A stretch of 64,000 nucleotides of DNA from NCBI GenBank assembly GCA_041750285.1, contig JBGSZS010000007.1:128001-192000 (forward strand), given 5' to 3'. Each line of letters starts with the position of its first letter. Within the stretch, counting starts at the first letter, position 1. The notes beneath the pieces are model-generated. The model made no database searches. It worked only from the letters and a program-made list of their open reading frames with translations, and was not told where the DNA came from. The stretch comes from Candidatus Fermentibacteraceae bacterium (GTDB lineage: Bacteria; Fermentibacterota; Fermentibacteria; Fermentibacterales; JCC-6). Of the stretch, positions 18,648-28,575 are shown one piece after another. The translations under genes were made by a program, and so were the position numbers.

Positions 18648-20609
18648 TCACGAGTCCCCGGCCGTTTCCCCTGGCATAGTAAGTTCTTCGGGTACAACGA
18701 TGCTTGTAGCGGGTACTTCCCGGGTGTCGACGGACAGACCTTCCATCGTGTGCCAGGGCCCCGGCTTCGAATCAGCGGCCCTTACCCTGATGGAGAGATT
18801 CTCGTGGTATGACTGCCCGAGATCGCCTTCAGAGTTCCACTGAAAAGCTTCTCCGTAAAACCAGGGTGAGATCTCCAGCGTGGTTCCCCTCAGGTGCATG
18901 GTCTGCCATGAGCTCCCGCCGTCGGTGGAGTACTGGGCCTGGATCTGGATGATGTCTTCCTCGGGGTCTTCGACGGAGTATGTGAATGTGAAGAGTCCCT
19001 CCTCGTCGATATCGGGAGGGTCAAGGAGGATCGTTGGGGGTATGTTGTTGTCCACCTGGAATATCCTGGAGATTCCGCACTCCCCCGATCCACCCTGAAA
19101 GACCGGTATGACCCTTACCGCGACCTGTCTCTCATTGCCGTGCGGGATATCCAGATCGGTGTGCCAGACAAGCATTCCGGGATTGCGCGTGAAGCTTCGG
19201 GTCTCGACCCAGGAATAGCCGGCATCGAGCGAGTAGAAAAGGCGGAGGCTGGATACGGATGCCGGGGTTACGCTGAAGGGGATCGTGACATCACCGGAGA
19301 CCCTTGTCGCGATCTCCCCGATGGTGACCACAGGGGAGTTGGAACCGCCGTAGCCGCCTGAGTTCGCGGGGTCGGCGAGGGGCAGAGGCCAAAGACCCAC
19401 TGCAGTTTGTGGAGAATGGAGGGAGTACGCGGCGAGGCTCCCTCCGCGCCCGAGGACCACAAGTTCACCCAGGCCGTCACCGTCAAGGTCTCCCGCAACC
19501 GGTGAACATGCCACACCGCCGGGGTGCTGGAATGGAAAACCGTTCATAGACTCGCCTTCCGCGTTCCAGGCGTGAATCATTCCCCCCTCGGTTGCTGCAA
19601 GGACCGCGATGCCTGACTGCGTGGCGATCACGATGGGCTGAAAGGCCGCCGACTCGGTCTTGACCGGCCAGCGCCAGCTTTCGGCAAGGCTTCCATCCCC
19701 GTTGACAAGGTACACCAGGCTGTCAACAGTGGAAAGGGCCGCCTGGGGAGAGGAAGCGGCTGGGTTTATCATTCCGACCGCAACCGAGCCCCACACCGGC
19801 CTGTCGCTGAGGTAATAGGGCCATCCATCCTGCTGTCTGCCGTTGACGCTGAAGAGGTTGAACCTTCTGTTCTGGCAGGCGAAGATAATGTCAGCCTGAC
19901 CGTTGGAGTTCAGATCACCCGACACGGGATTGCTGCCAACCGGAAGTGGCAGTGTAATGGGCCATCCGGGAAGTGGAGCACCCCCGAAATCAAGAACCGT
20001 GAGAACCGAACTGCTGAGGGCACATACAAGCCCCTTGCCGGTTTCGCCCCCAAGACTGACCTGCGTGGGCTGCCAGAGCAGTTGTGAAGAAAGGTCTACG
20101 GGCCAGCCCGGCACAAGCCCGCCGTCGGTTCTGATCAGCCATACCAGGCCATCGCTGGTTCCGAAGGCGATCTCGTACGCATCGTCGCAGTTCAGATCGA
20201 CGATCGACACTCCCGTGACGATGCTTGAACCGGTGTTAACAGGCCAGCCCGGTGCTTCGTTCCCGTTGAGGTAGGCAAGGTGGGCGAAGCCGGCATTGTC
20301 CGCATAGGCAATGAGGGTGGTTCCGTTGGCGGCCCTTGCCGCGGCTGGACGCCAGATAACGCCGGCACCAGAGGAAAGAGGAAAACCTGGCAGGGTGACT
20401 CCGCCGTTCGACCAGCCACCCAGGCCGGAGTTGCCGAGGGGTATGAGAATGCACTGTCCCCCGGTGCCGTCGGGCACCAATTGCGGACCCACCCTGGGAG
20501 TGGTGTTCAGCTGTATCTCCCATTCGGGAGAGATACTGCTCAGGGCCAGAAAAAGAATAGTAAAAACCACTGCAGTCAGTACCTGCTCTCTTAGTCCTTC
20601 AGCATTCAT
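18648..20609 (-). CDS. secreted FG-GAP/VCBS repeat protein with C-terminal beta-sandwich-like domains
   Basis: Hydrophobic N-terminus; repeated PGWP/PGFP and DLNCDD/DLNSNG/DLDGDG motifs; two YSxDxGxSW Asp-box motifs. Confidence 0.8.
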   Translation of the reverse strand: MNAEGLREQVLTAVVFTILFLALSSISPEWEIQLNTTPRVGPQLVPDGTGGQCILIPLGNSGLGGWSNGGVTLPGFPLSSGAGVIWRPAAARAANGTTLIAYADNAGFAHLAYLNGNEAPGWPVNTGSSIVTGVSIVDLNCDDAYEIAFGTSDGLVWLIRTDGGLVPGWPVDLSSQLLWQPTQVSLGGETGKGLVCALSSSVLTVLDFGGAPLPGWPITLPLPVGSNPVSGDLNSNGQADIIFACQNRRFNLFSVNGRQQDGWPYYLSDRPVWGSVAVGMINPAASSPQAALSTVDSLVYLVNGDGSLAESWRWPVKTESAAFQPIVIATQSGIAVLAATEGGMIHAWNAEGESMNGFPFQHPGGVACSPVAGDLDGDGLGELVVLGRGGSLAAYSLHSPQTAVGLWPLPLADPANSGGYGGSNSPVVTIGEIATRVSGDVTIPFSVTPASVSSLRLFYSLDAGYSWVETRSFTRNPGMLVWHTDLDIPHGNERQVAVRVIPVFQGGSGECGISRIFQVDNNIPPTILLDPPDIDEEGLFTFTYSVEDPEEDIIQIQAQYSTDGGSSWQTMHLRGTTLEISPWFYGEAFQWNSEGDLGQSYHENLSIRVRAADSKPGPWHTMEGLSVDTREVPATSIVVPEELTMPGETAGDS

Positions 20610-20792
20610 TTGGGCAAAAACCGGTGCCCGAAGAATAAAACCAGTATCCCTTCCGGTCAAATACGTTCCATATGGTTGACCGGGGAACAATCCTTACCGA
20701 TATTTACTATCAACACATCAAAGCGAATGCTAGCTTTTCTGATGATTGGGCAAGCCTAACTTACCTGGTCTGGAGGGGCCGGAAGGAGTCAT

Positions 20793-21770
20793 ATGCGGCT
20801 TACATTGCTGTTCCTGCCGGTCGTGGCATTGATGCTTCAGGCAGCTTCGGTTCCGTTCGCCTACGAGGGGGTCCTCAACTCCCCCAATGCTTACATTCTC
20901 CAGCACACCGAGATCGGTGTCGGTTTCGGAGCCACGACTTTCAGCATGGAGGATTCGACAGGCACCGCACAGAGCGAGATCATAACGGCAGGACACATCA
21001 ATTTCGGCATACTCGGCTACGGTCAGATCGGCATGTCGTACCTTGGCGACGGCGGTCTGGTTGCCAACCTGAAGGTCATGGTCCTCCGGGAGGGTATCGA
21101 CGTTCCGGCCTTTGCCATTGGCTGCGAGAACATGTTCGCGCCCGAGAGGGTCGACGTGTATCAGGACGACCCGGGAGTTCCGGATTCCACAGGTTTCATC
21201 ACGGGGCTCTGGGATGAAGAGGGATTCTACAACTACGACCATGCCCAGAACTGGTCCGCGTACGGTGTGGCATCGAAGAGCATGCGTTACCTTCTGGGCA
21301 TTCCGGTCACCGTGAGCCTGGGCATCGGTGTGGGCCGTTTCGTGGGGGTCATCGAAGACGGCGGGGCCATGAACATCGGAAGCGCCGTAGCCCACGGTCT
21401 TTTCGGCTCGATCGTCTGGGATCCCAGCAGCAAGGTTTCCATCGCGATTGAGCAGGACGGAAAGGATTTCAACCTGGGTTTCTCCTACGACATCAATCGT
21501 TACGTAACCCTGAATCTTGCCGCTGCCGAGTTCGAGATGGCAATGTTTCCGCCCGAGGGGCAGAATTTCCAGGATCCCTGCCAGAACCCCAAGTTCACGA
21601 TTGCGGTTTCATCAAGGATCGGACCCTTGGTGGGAGGTGGCAGCGAGCTTGAAAGGGAGCAGCAGCGCATTGCCAGAGCCAGGGCAAGGCTTGAAGAGCT
21701 CGAGGCCAGGAGAAGGGCCGCCGAGGCAGAGCTCCAGAGACTCCGTGATCTTCTCGACGAGAGCAGGTAG
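20793..21770 (+). CDS. putative outer-membrane beta-barrel (YjbH-like) with C-terminal coiled coil
   Basis: Signal peptide, alternating beta-strand pattern, tail ELEREQQRIARARARLEELEARRRAAEAELQRLRDLL. Confidence 0.65.
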   Translation: MRLTLLFLPVVALMLQAASVPFAYEGVLNSPNAYILQHTEIGVGFGATTFSMEDSTGTAQSEIITAGHINFGILGYGQIGMSYLGDGGLVANLKVMVLREGIDVPAFAIGCENMFAPERVDVYQDDPGVPDSTGFITGLWDEEGFYNYDHAQNWSAYGVASKSMRYLLGIPVTVSLGIGVGRFVGVIEDGGAMNIGSAVAHGLFGSIVWDPSSKVSIAIEQDGKDFNLGFSYDINRYVTLNLAAAEFEMAMFPPEGQNFQDPCQNPKFTIAVSSRIGPLVGGGSELEREQQRIARARARLEELEARRRAAEAELQRLRDLLDESR

Positions 21771-21778
21771 GTTCGGGC

Positions 21779-24700
21779 ATGGCCTTTTTCCGCATGCACA
21801 TCTTTCTTCTTGTTGTCTCGGCCGTTCTCGGTTGTCTTCCACTGACCGCGTCGGCCCAGCCCCCGGCGGAGGTCTCCCCTGAAACCGCCCTCCAGTTGCA
21901 GCGGGCACAGGAGGAGATCAGACAGCTCGAGGTTCAGATAGCCCAGGAGGAAGAGCGGCTTAGCCGTATCGAGAACGAGCTTCTTGACCTCAGGCGCCAG
22001 AGGGCGATGCTGGCAAGCGCCCAATCGGCATTCGAGCTGGGGGAGGAACTTTACACATCGGGGTCCATCGTCTGGGCGAGAGACGCGTTCGAAGCTGTCA
22101 TAAACAATTTCAGCCGCTCCGAGTTCACCGATCCCTCATACTTCCGGCTGCAGCTGATCGCCTTTGAACTGCAGGATTTCGATGCGGCGCTGAGCTACCA
22201 CGATCAGCTCGTGTCTTCCGCTCCCGGGTTCGAATTCATGGAGATGAGCCTGATCGTGGCGGGGCTTTCCGAGTACAACCTGGGAAGGTTTCCGCAAGCC
22301 CGGACCAAGTTCGCCCGGATCATCCCGACAGGGTCCAACGGTCCCCTTGCGACCTACCTGTCAGCCGTTGCCCTGGTTGCCGAGGGGGACAACGCCGGCG
22401 CCATGGTTCAGCTTCAGACCGTCATAGACAACGCCGGCCGTCAGAATGCAGCCATCGCCGAGAGGGCAAGGATCGCCATTGCCCAGATACTTGTCGAGGA
22501 GGGCAACTACGACGAGGCAGTAAGGCAGTACTCAAGGGTTTCCCCATTCAGCGCCTACTACGATGTCGCCATGTTGGGCAAGGTCTGGACCCTGATGCGC
22601 CAGGAGAAGTACCAGGAAGCCTTCTCACTGGCTGACCGTGTCATCGAGGAGGTTCCGGGTTCCGAACTCAGAAGCGAGTTCGAACTGGCGATGGCCAACT
22701 GCGCGCTTGGCGCGCAGGACATCGACATCGCGGTCGGCCGCTACCGGGAACTCATGAACCAGTACCGCCAGACCGATGAGCAGTACGACAGATTCCTCGG
22801 CATCGACAGCGATCAGATGCAGCAGTACCAGGCCGAACGCGAGCGCCTGGAGCGCACGCGTATCGGACTCGCCGAAATGAAGGAAGAGGCCTATGTCCAG
22901 GGAGACATGGAACTGGTGGCCGTCATTGAATCCGAAGAGGCCTCCATCCGGGACCTTCTGATCGAGATAAGCACCATGGAGGCCGCTCTGTCCATGCCAT
23001 CCTCCATGGACACCGAGACCATGCGCCAGGAACTGAACCGCCTTATCGCCTCCTCCAGGGCCAACACCGAGATACTCGCACTTTCCGTGAACGAGGCCAT
23101 GGGCGTGGCTGCCTTCTCCGGCACCGAGGCCGACAGGCAGAACCTCGGGCAGCTCGAGGGCGAGGTCAGCCGTATCCGGCTTGCCCTTCAGGACCTGGCC
23201 AGCAAGATGGAGTCGGGCATGGCCGGCGATCACGACTGGATTCAGGAAACCCAGTACGGCATAGCCATTGCCACCTTCATTGAGCGGGAGCTCAAGCGGG
23301 ATTCCCTCAACTACCTGGGATCCTATTACCAGGCCAGGATCGAAGACGCCTACGCTGAGGGGGATTCGTCCAGAGCTGCGGCTCTGGGAGACCAGAGACG
23401 CCAGGAGACCACCGCGATCCAGCAGCGGATAGACGCCAAGGCTGTCGAGTGCGCGAACTATTTCGAGGAGTACCTTGCGATGTTCCCCGAAAGCAGGTTC
23501 ACGGCCGACATCCTTGTCCGGCTTGCCCAGCTCTACTACGACATAGACAAGAACACGTATCTGGACAGGATCGCTGCCTCGGGCGGCGAATTCGTCCCTA
23601 TGGACTACAGCCGCACCATCGACCTTTACCAGCGGGTGCTGAACCAGTATCCCGAGAGTGAGGTCGAAGATGTGGCCCTCTACTCCCTGGGATATGCCCT
23701 GAGCGAGATGGGTGACCTTCCGGGAGCAATAGCCAGCTACCGCAGGCTGCTGGCACAGTACCCCCAGAGCCCGCTGGCCGCGGAAACCTACGTCAGGGCG
23801 GGTGACCACTACTTCGACAGCTTTGTTTTCGACAGCGCACTCACCTACTACGATCGGGTCCTTGACCACCCTGAAGCCAACTCGACGGTCTACCAATTCG
23901 GCCTCTACAAACTGGGATGGACTCACTATCTCCTGAACAACTACACCTCGTCCATCGCTGTTTTCGCATACCTGATCCAGGACACGGAGAAGATGGAGGA
24001 GTTCGGTCTGGGAAGGGGCTCGGCCATGGCGGACGAAGCCATGGAGTACATAGCCCACAGTTTCATGGAGCAACCCGGAGGGGCTTCCGTCCAGCTCGCA
24101 TCGAATTTCCTCGACGCATTCAACCGGCCCCATGTGACAGCTTCCGTCCTCAAGAGAATGGGTGACTTCTACATCGAGCAGGGTTACTGGCCCGAGGCGA
24201 TTCAGTCCTACACGGCTCTTCTCAGCAGGGATCCCTTCAGCTCTGAAGCACCGTTCATACAGGCAAGGATAGCCGCCGCCCACGAGGGCGCCGGCGATAT
24301 GCAGCTTGCCGTTCAGGCCCGTGAAACCCTTGTGGAAAGGTACGGCAGCAGCGGCGACTGGGCGATGCAGATGGGCGACTCTTCACAGTTCGCCCAGGTT
24401 GACTCAATAAGGGCGGCAGCGCTCGAACAGGCCATCAACTACCATCTGTCGACGTCGGCACAGATACCCGAGGGTCAGGCCGGCAGGAACGAGCACTATC
24501 AGAACCTCATCTCAAGGCTGCAGACCTACCTTGCCGAGTATGGTGACAGAAGGGTGGCCTACGACTACACGTTCTATCTGGGAGACGCCCACTACGCCAT
24601 TGGCAACTTCCTGATGGCGGGCGACGCATACCTTGAAGTTGCCTACGACAGCTCCAGCACCCAGAAGCAGGAGACGGCCCTTGGCAACGCATTCACATCA

Positions 24701-26143
24701 TACTTCAGCGCCTACACCCAGGGCGCCGTACCTGACAGCGCAGCCCTCAGGGACAAGCTCAAGGAGACGGCGTATTTCTACACACGGAACTACCCGGCGG
24801 GTGAGTATGCCGACCAGTTCCTCTTCGCGACGGCCGGCAGCTACTACAACGCAAACGACTACGTGAACGCAAGGGAAGTGTATTCCCGGATCTACAACGA
24901 GTATCCCAGGTCACAGTACATTGCCCGGTCTGCCCGGTATGTTGCGGCGTCCTACGAAGCCCAGCAGCTGTACAGCGATGCAGAGCTCTGGTACGGAAGG
25001 GCTTCCGATGCCGCTTCGCTCTCGGGAGAGGACCTTGGTGAAGACTTCGACCTTCTGGCCGCAAGCGCCGCCTACCGCGACGCAGAGACACTGGCCGCCA
25101 GCGAGGACGTAGGCACGCTTCTGGCCGCGGCCGCAAGGTTCGAAGAATCCGCGAGGGCCCACCCCGAAACAGACGTGGCGCCGACCGCCCTCTACGACGC
25201 AGGTGAGACCTACGGCAAGGCGGGTGACATAACAAGCGCCATCAGGGTGTTCACCGACCTGGCCAACCGCTATCCCGATAACCCGCTGTCGCCCCAGGGC
25301 CTCCTCAGAGCCGCATTCCTCGCCCGGGAGGCCGAGGACTTCATAAGGGCCGGCGACACCTATCTCGAAGCGTACAACCGCTATCCAACCGCAGAGGGAA
25401 TGGCCAGCGCAATCTACTCTTCTGCGCTGAGCTATGAGGAGGGCGGCAACACCGGCCGCGCCATGGAAGTCTACGACAGGATAATCAGGGAGAGAAGCGG
25501 TTCACCTGAGATCATGATCATCGCCATGGGCAAATACGGAGACTATCTGTACGACAGAATGGACTTTCAGGGTGCGAGACAGATGTACCAGGACTGCATC
25601 AACACGTACGACAGCTACAGGGAGGGTCCCGCCTCCCACCCCGCAAGGGCCGCGTTCAGAATCGGCGAGATGTCGAGAGCCGTTTACGACGCAGTTTCGG
25701 TTGTCAGCACCGAAACGGCAACGCAGAAGACACAGCTCAAGGTCGAGGTGGAGAACTGGTACGCGAAATCCCTTACATACAATGTCGATACATGGTTCAT
25801 GGCATCCTGCGCCAGGGCCGGCGAGCTGTTTGAAGACTACGCAAACGCCATCGCATTCATGCCGCCTCCGCCGGGTCTTGATGAAGCAGCTATAGAGGAG
25901 TTCTACAATCAGCTCTACATCCAGATCTACGAGCCCAACATGCAGAACGCCACAAACGTTTACACAACCGCCATCCAGAAGGCCGTTTCAGCGGGCGTCA
26001 CCAACGAATGGGTCGAGCGCGCCGCCAGGAACCTCGAGCTTATGGCTCCGGGGAGCGTTGCGGCCCTCGGTCTTCCCGGCTATGGCAGCGCACCCGAACC
26101 AACCCCTGAGCAGGTCGCTCCGGAAGGCGGTGGTGGTCAGTGA
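21779..26143 (+). CDS. large periplasmic TPR protein, GltC/GltD(AgmU)-like
   Basis: Signal peptide, N-terminal coiled coil, many TPRs (ALYSLGY, GLYKLGW, ALYDAGE), GltD-like end W..A..RAGELFEDYA...PPPPGL...EP....A..Y...NEWV. Confidence 0.75.
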   Translation: MAFFRMHIFLLVVSAVLGCLPLTASAQPPAEVSPETALQLQRAQEEIRQLEVQIAQEEERLSRIENELLDLRRQRAMLASAQSAFELGEELYTSGSIVWARDAFEAVINNFSRSEFTDPSYFRLQLIAFELQDFDAALSYHDQLVSSAPGFEFMEMSLIVAGLSEYNLGRFPQARTKFARIIPTGSNGPLATYLSAVALVAEGDNAGAMVQLQTVIDNAGRQNAAIAERARIAIAQILVEEGNYDEAVRQYSRVSPFSAYYDVAMLGKVWTLMRQEKYQEAFSLADRVIEEVPGSELRSEFELAMANCALGAQDIDIAVGRYRELMNQYRQTDEQYDRFLGIDSDQMQQYQAERERLERTRIGLAEMKEEAYVQGDMELVAVIESEEASIRDLLIEISTMEAALSMPSSMDTETMRQELNRLIASSRANTEILALSVNEAMGVAAFSGTEADRQNLGQLEGEVSRIRLALQDLASKMESGMAGDHDWIQETQYGIAIATFIERELKRDSLNYLGSYYQARIEDAYAEGDSSRAAALGDQRRQETTAIQQRIDAKAVECANYFEEYLAMFPESRFTADILVRLAQLYYDIDKNTYLDRIAASGGEFVPMDYSRTIDLYQRVLNQYPESEVEDVALYSLGYALSEMGDLPGAIASYRRLLAQYPQSPLAAETYVRAGDHYFDSFVFDSALTYYDRVLDHPEANSTVYQFGLYKLGWTHYLLNNYTSSIAVFAYLIQDTEKMEEFGLGRGSAMADEAMEYIAHSFMEQPGGASVQLASNFLDAFNRPHVTASVLKRMGDFYIEQGYWPEAIQSYTALLSRDPFSSEAPFIQARIAAAHEGAGDMQLAVQARETLVERYGSSGDWAMQMGDSSQFAQVDSIRAAALEQAINYHLSTSAQIPEGQAGRNEHYQNLISRLQTYLAEYGDRRVAYDYTFYLGDAHYAIGNFLMAGDAYLEVAYDSSSTQKQETALGNAFTSYFSAYTQGAVPDSAALRDKLKETAYFYTRNYPAGEYADQFLFATAGSYYNANDYVNAREVYSRIYNEYPRSQYIARSARYVAASYEAQQLYSDAELWYGRASDAASLSGEDLGEDFDLLAASAAYRDAETLAASEDVGTLLAAAARFEESARAHPETDVAPTALYDAGETYGKAGDITSAIRVFTDLANRYPDNPLSPQGLLRAAFLAREAEDFIRAGDTYLEAYNRYPTAEGMASAIYSSALSYEEGGNTGRAMEVYDRIIRERSGSPEIMIIAMGKYGDYLYDRMDFQGARQMYQDCINTYDSYREGPASHPARAAFRIGEMSRAVYDAVSVVSTETATQKTQLKVEVENWYAKSLTYNVDTWFMASCARAGELFEDYANAIAFMPPPPGLDEAAIEEFYNQLYIQIYEPNMQNATNVYTTAIQKAVSAGVTNEWVERAARNLELMAPGSVAALGLPGYGSAPEPTPEQVAPEGGGGQ

Positions 26144-26583
26144 GGTTCTCATACATTGTCCTGCTGCTGCTTTTTGTGCTTCAATCGTTCGGCCAGACCA
26201 CTCCCGGCGGGGCAAGGCTCGAGGGCGGCAGGCTGATCCTCGAGGAGATAACCATCCTTGGTGAGCTCAGAACTCCGCAGGCGCTGTTCCTCATGCTCAA
26301 GTCCACCCCGAACCTCAGCAATGTGCTTCTTGACAGAAGCTTTCTTGAGGACGTCGTCAGACCGATATACCCGGGTGCCTTCGCAACCGAAACGAGCTTC
26401 ATGGTGGATGGCTCACGGGGGCAACCCCTTCCGAAATGGGCCAGGTACGGTTCCGTTGCGGTGCTTGGCGGCCTAAGCGCGTACAGCTATGCTAGCGATA
26501 ATTCCGAGTCGGGCCTGATCTTTGGGGTGATGGCCGGCATGGATCTTTTAGGTAACCTGCTCTACGATTTCATAGGTCAATGA
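26140..26583 (+). CDS. GltF/CglF-like small exported protein
   Basis: Signal peptide then EEITILGELRTPQALF...LLDRSFLEDVV, resembling the CglF I.G...KP...R.SF motif; hydrophobic C-terminus. Confidence 0.6.
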   Translation: MRFSYIVLLLLFVLQSFGQTTPGGARLEGGRLILEEITILGELRTPQALFLMLKSTPNLSNVLLDRSFLEDVVRPIYPGAFATETSFMVDGSRGQPLPKWARYGSVAVLGGLSAYSYASDNSESGLIFGVMAGMDLLGNLLYDFIGQ

Positions 26584-26606
26584 GCACCTTGAGAGGAGAA
26601 ACCCAG

Positions 26607-27461
26607 ATGCGCCTTACCCTGTTCGCCCTGCTGGTTGTGATGTTCGTGCCGACGATGGTTCTCGCCCAGCCAGAGAACCCCGAAACCGGCGACAGCCTGC
26701 AGGCGGCTGAGGTGGATTCCACAGCCACACCGGATTCCGTAGTGACCACAGCGGAAGAAATCCTTCCCGACTCCACCATTGAAGCTGAACCAATCGAAGA
26801 AACACAGCCCGAGGAAGTACGGGGAGGGTTTTTCAGCGGATTCGCGAAGTTTTTCCGGGAAGGTGGCTTCGCCATGTGGGCCATCCTTCTGTTCTTCTTC
26901 GTGGGCATCGTGATCTGCATCGAGAGGGTGATGTTCCTTTTCGGAACCGCAGCCATCAAACCGGAACTCTTCATGGCCAGGATCGCCGATCTCATCCGCA
27001 AGGGCAGCATCGAGGGCGCCATTGCCGAAACAACCCGTCAGAAGGCGCCGCTTTCCAGGATCATCGAAGCAGCCCTGCGGAATTACCGAGGTACGGAAAG
27101 GGACATTCAGAACGCGGTTGACGAAATGGCCCTCGCCGAGCTGCCCAGGGTGAATGCCCGAATAAGCTACCTCGCAATGCTTGCAAACGTGTCGACAATG
27201 GTGGGGCTGCTGGGAACGATCTTCGGTCTCATCGCCGCCTTCGCTGCCGTTGCCGCAGCCGACCCCGAGCAGAAAAGCATCATGCTCGCCAACGGTATCT
27301 CCATGGCAATGAACACCACGGCGTTCGGTCTCGTGAGCGCGATACCGCTGCTCATCATCCACTCGATCCTCACTTCAAGGGCTGACAAACTGGTCGACCA
27401 GATCGACAGGTACAGCGTCATGGTCATGAACATGCTCGCAGCCTCCAGGAAGGGTGACTGA
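26607..27461 (+). CDS. MotA/TolQ/ExbB proton-channel protein (AglR-like)
   Basis: EGGFAMWAI...ER, MVGLLGTIFGLI, GISMAMNTTAFGL; acidic N-terminal extension. Confidence 0.9.
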   Translation: MRLTLFALLVVMFVPTMVLAQPENPETGDSLQAAEVDSTATPDSVVTTAEEILPDSTIEAEPIEETQPEEVRGGFFSGFAKFFREGGFAMWAILLFFFVGIVICIERVMFLFGTAAIKPELFMARIADLIRKGSIEGAIAETTRQKAPLSRIIEAALRNYRGTERDIQNAVDEMALAELPRVNARISYLAMLANVSTMVGLLGTIFGLIAAFAAVAAADPEQKSIMLANGISMAMNTTAFGLVSAIPLLIIHSILTSRADKLVDQIDRYSVMVMNMLAASRKGD

Positions 27462-28039
27462 TGGCAAAGGCCGCATCCGGAAGAAGCAGGCGGATCAGGC
27501 ACGAATCCGAACTTGACATGCTTCCGGTGATGAACCTCTTCTGCTGCATCATTCCCTTCCTCCTTCTGAGCGCCAGCTTCCTGGAGATTACGGTCATCGG
27601 GATGAGCGGCACCGAGGGTGTGACCTCCGGCGGAGCCGGGGCCACTGCAAACCTCATGCGCTCCGAGGAGGACAGGCTTCAACCCAAGATCATCATCACG
27701 GAAGAGGAGATGTTCATCGGCACCGCCGCCGGGACCATTCATGTCAGCTACTCTTTCCAGGAACAGCGTGACACGAACGACGACGGGGTATACGACACGC
27801 AGGTCACGAACTTTCACTGGGACTCGCTCGCGATGAAGGTCGAGGAGGCTCATAAGGTCCTTTCCGAGGCCTACCCCCAGATAACCTTCCGCAAGATCGT
27901 GATCCTGACCGTCGAAGAGACCCGCTATGAAAGCATCATCAAAGCAATTGACATCGCCGCTGTCGCCGGTTTTGACCAGCCCGGCCTTCAGGTTGCACCA
28001 TCCGCATCGGTCGCCAGCGCCATGGGAAGTCCGCGATGA
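27461..28039 (+). CDS. ExbD/TolR-family protein 1 (Asn at the usual TM Asp position)
   Basis: ELDMLPVMNLFCCIIPFLLL TM; YESIIKAIDIA. Confidence 0.8.
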   Translation: MAKAASGRSRRIRHESELDMLPVMNLFCCIIPFLLLSASFLEITVIGMSGTEGVTSGGAGATANLMRSEEDRLQPKIIITEEEMFIGTAAGTIHVSYSFQEQRDTNDDGVYDTQVTNFHWDSLAMKVEEAHKVLSEAYPQITFRKIVILTVEETRYESIIKAIDIAAVAGFDQPGLQVAPSASVASAMGSPR

Positions 28040-28575
28040 GCGCGCCATCCAAAAGGCGGGTTCCACTTCTGCTCGGTTCGGGGAAGTCCAAGGCCGTATC
28101 CAGGGCGGGTGACAGGAAGGCCGTACTCAACCTGACCTCCATGATCGACATGTTCACCATTCTTGTGGTCTTCCTTCTGATGAGCTACTCAGCCGAGGGC
28201 GCCCTTGTTACGATCAGCGATGCCCTCACCCTGCCCAAGGCTCATTCCGAGCAGGGTATCCAGATGAAACTCGAGATACAGGTCAACAGACAGGTCATCG
28301 TGGTCGACGGAGACCCTATCGTTGCGGTTGATGCCGCCATCCTTTCCACCGGTGGGTCGATCCCCGCCCTTGTCACCCGGCTGAAGGACCACATGGAATA
28401 CGCAAGGAACGTCCGGGGTACCATCACCGAGGAAGAGATGAAGATCAACATCCAGGGTGACCAGGAGATTCCGGCGCTTCTTCTTCAGAGGGTCATGGCA
28501 AGTTGCTCCGAAGCGGGTTTCATGAGCCAGAACCTCGCGGTCATCAAGGTGGAAGGCAACGGTGAGGAGGAATGA
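28036..28575 (+). CDS. ExbD/TolR-family protein 2 (AglS-like)
   Basis: LNLTSMIDMFTILVVFLL, IQGDQEIP..LLQRVMASC..AGF. Confidence 0.85.
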   Translation: MSAPSKRRVPLLLGSGKSKAVSRAGDRKAVLNLTSMIDMFTILVVFLLMSYSAEGALVTISDALTLPKAHSEQGIQMKLEIQVNRQVIVVDGDPIVAVDAAILSTGGSIPALVTRLKDHMEYARNVRGTITEEEMKINIQGDQEIPALLLQRVMASCSEAGFMSQNLAVIKVEGNGEEE

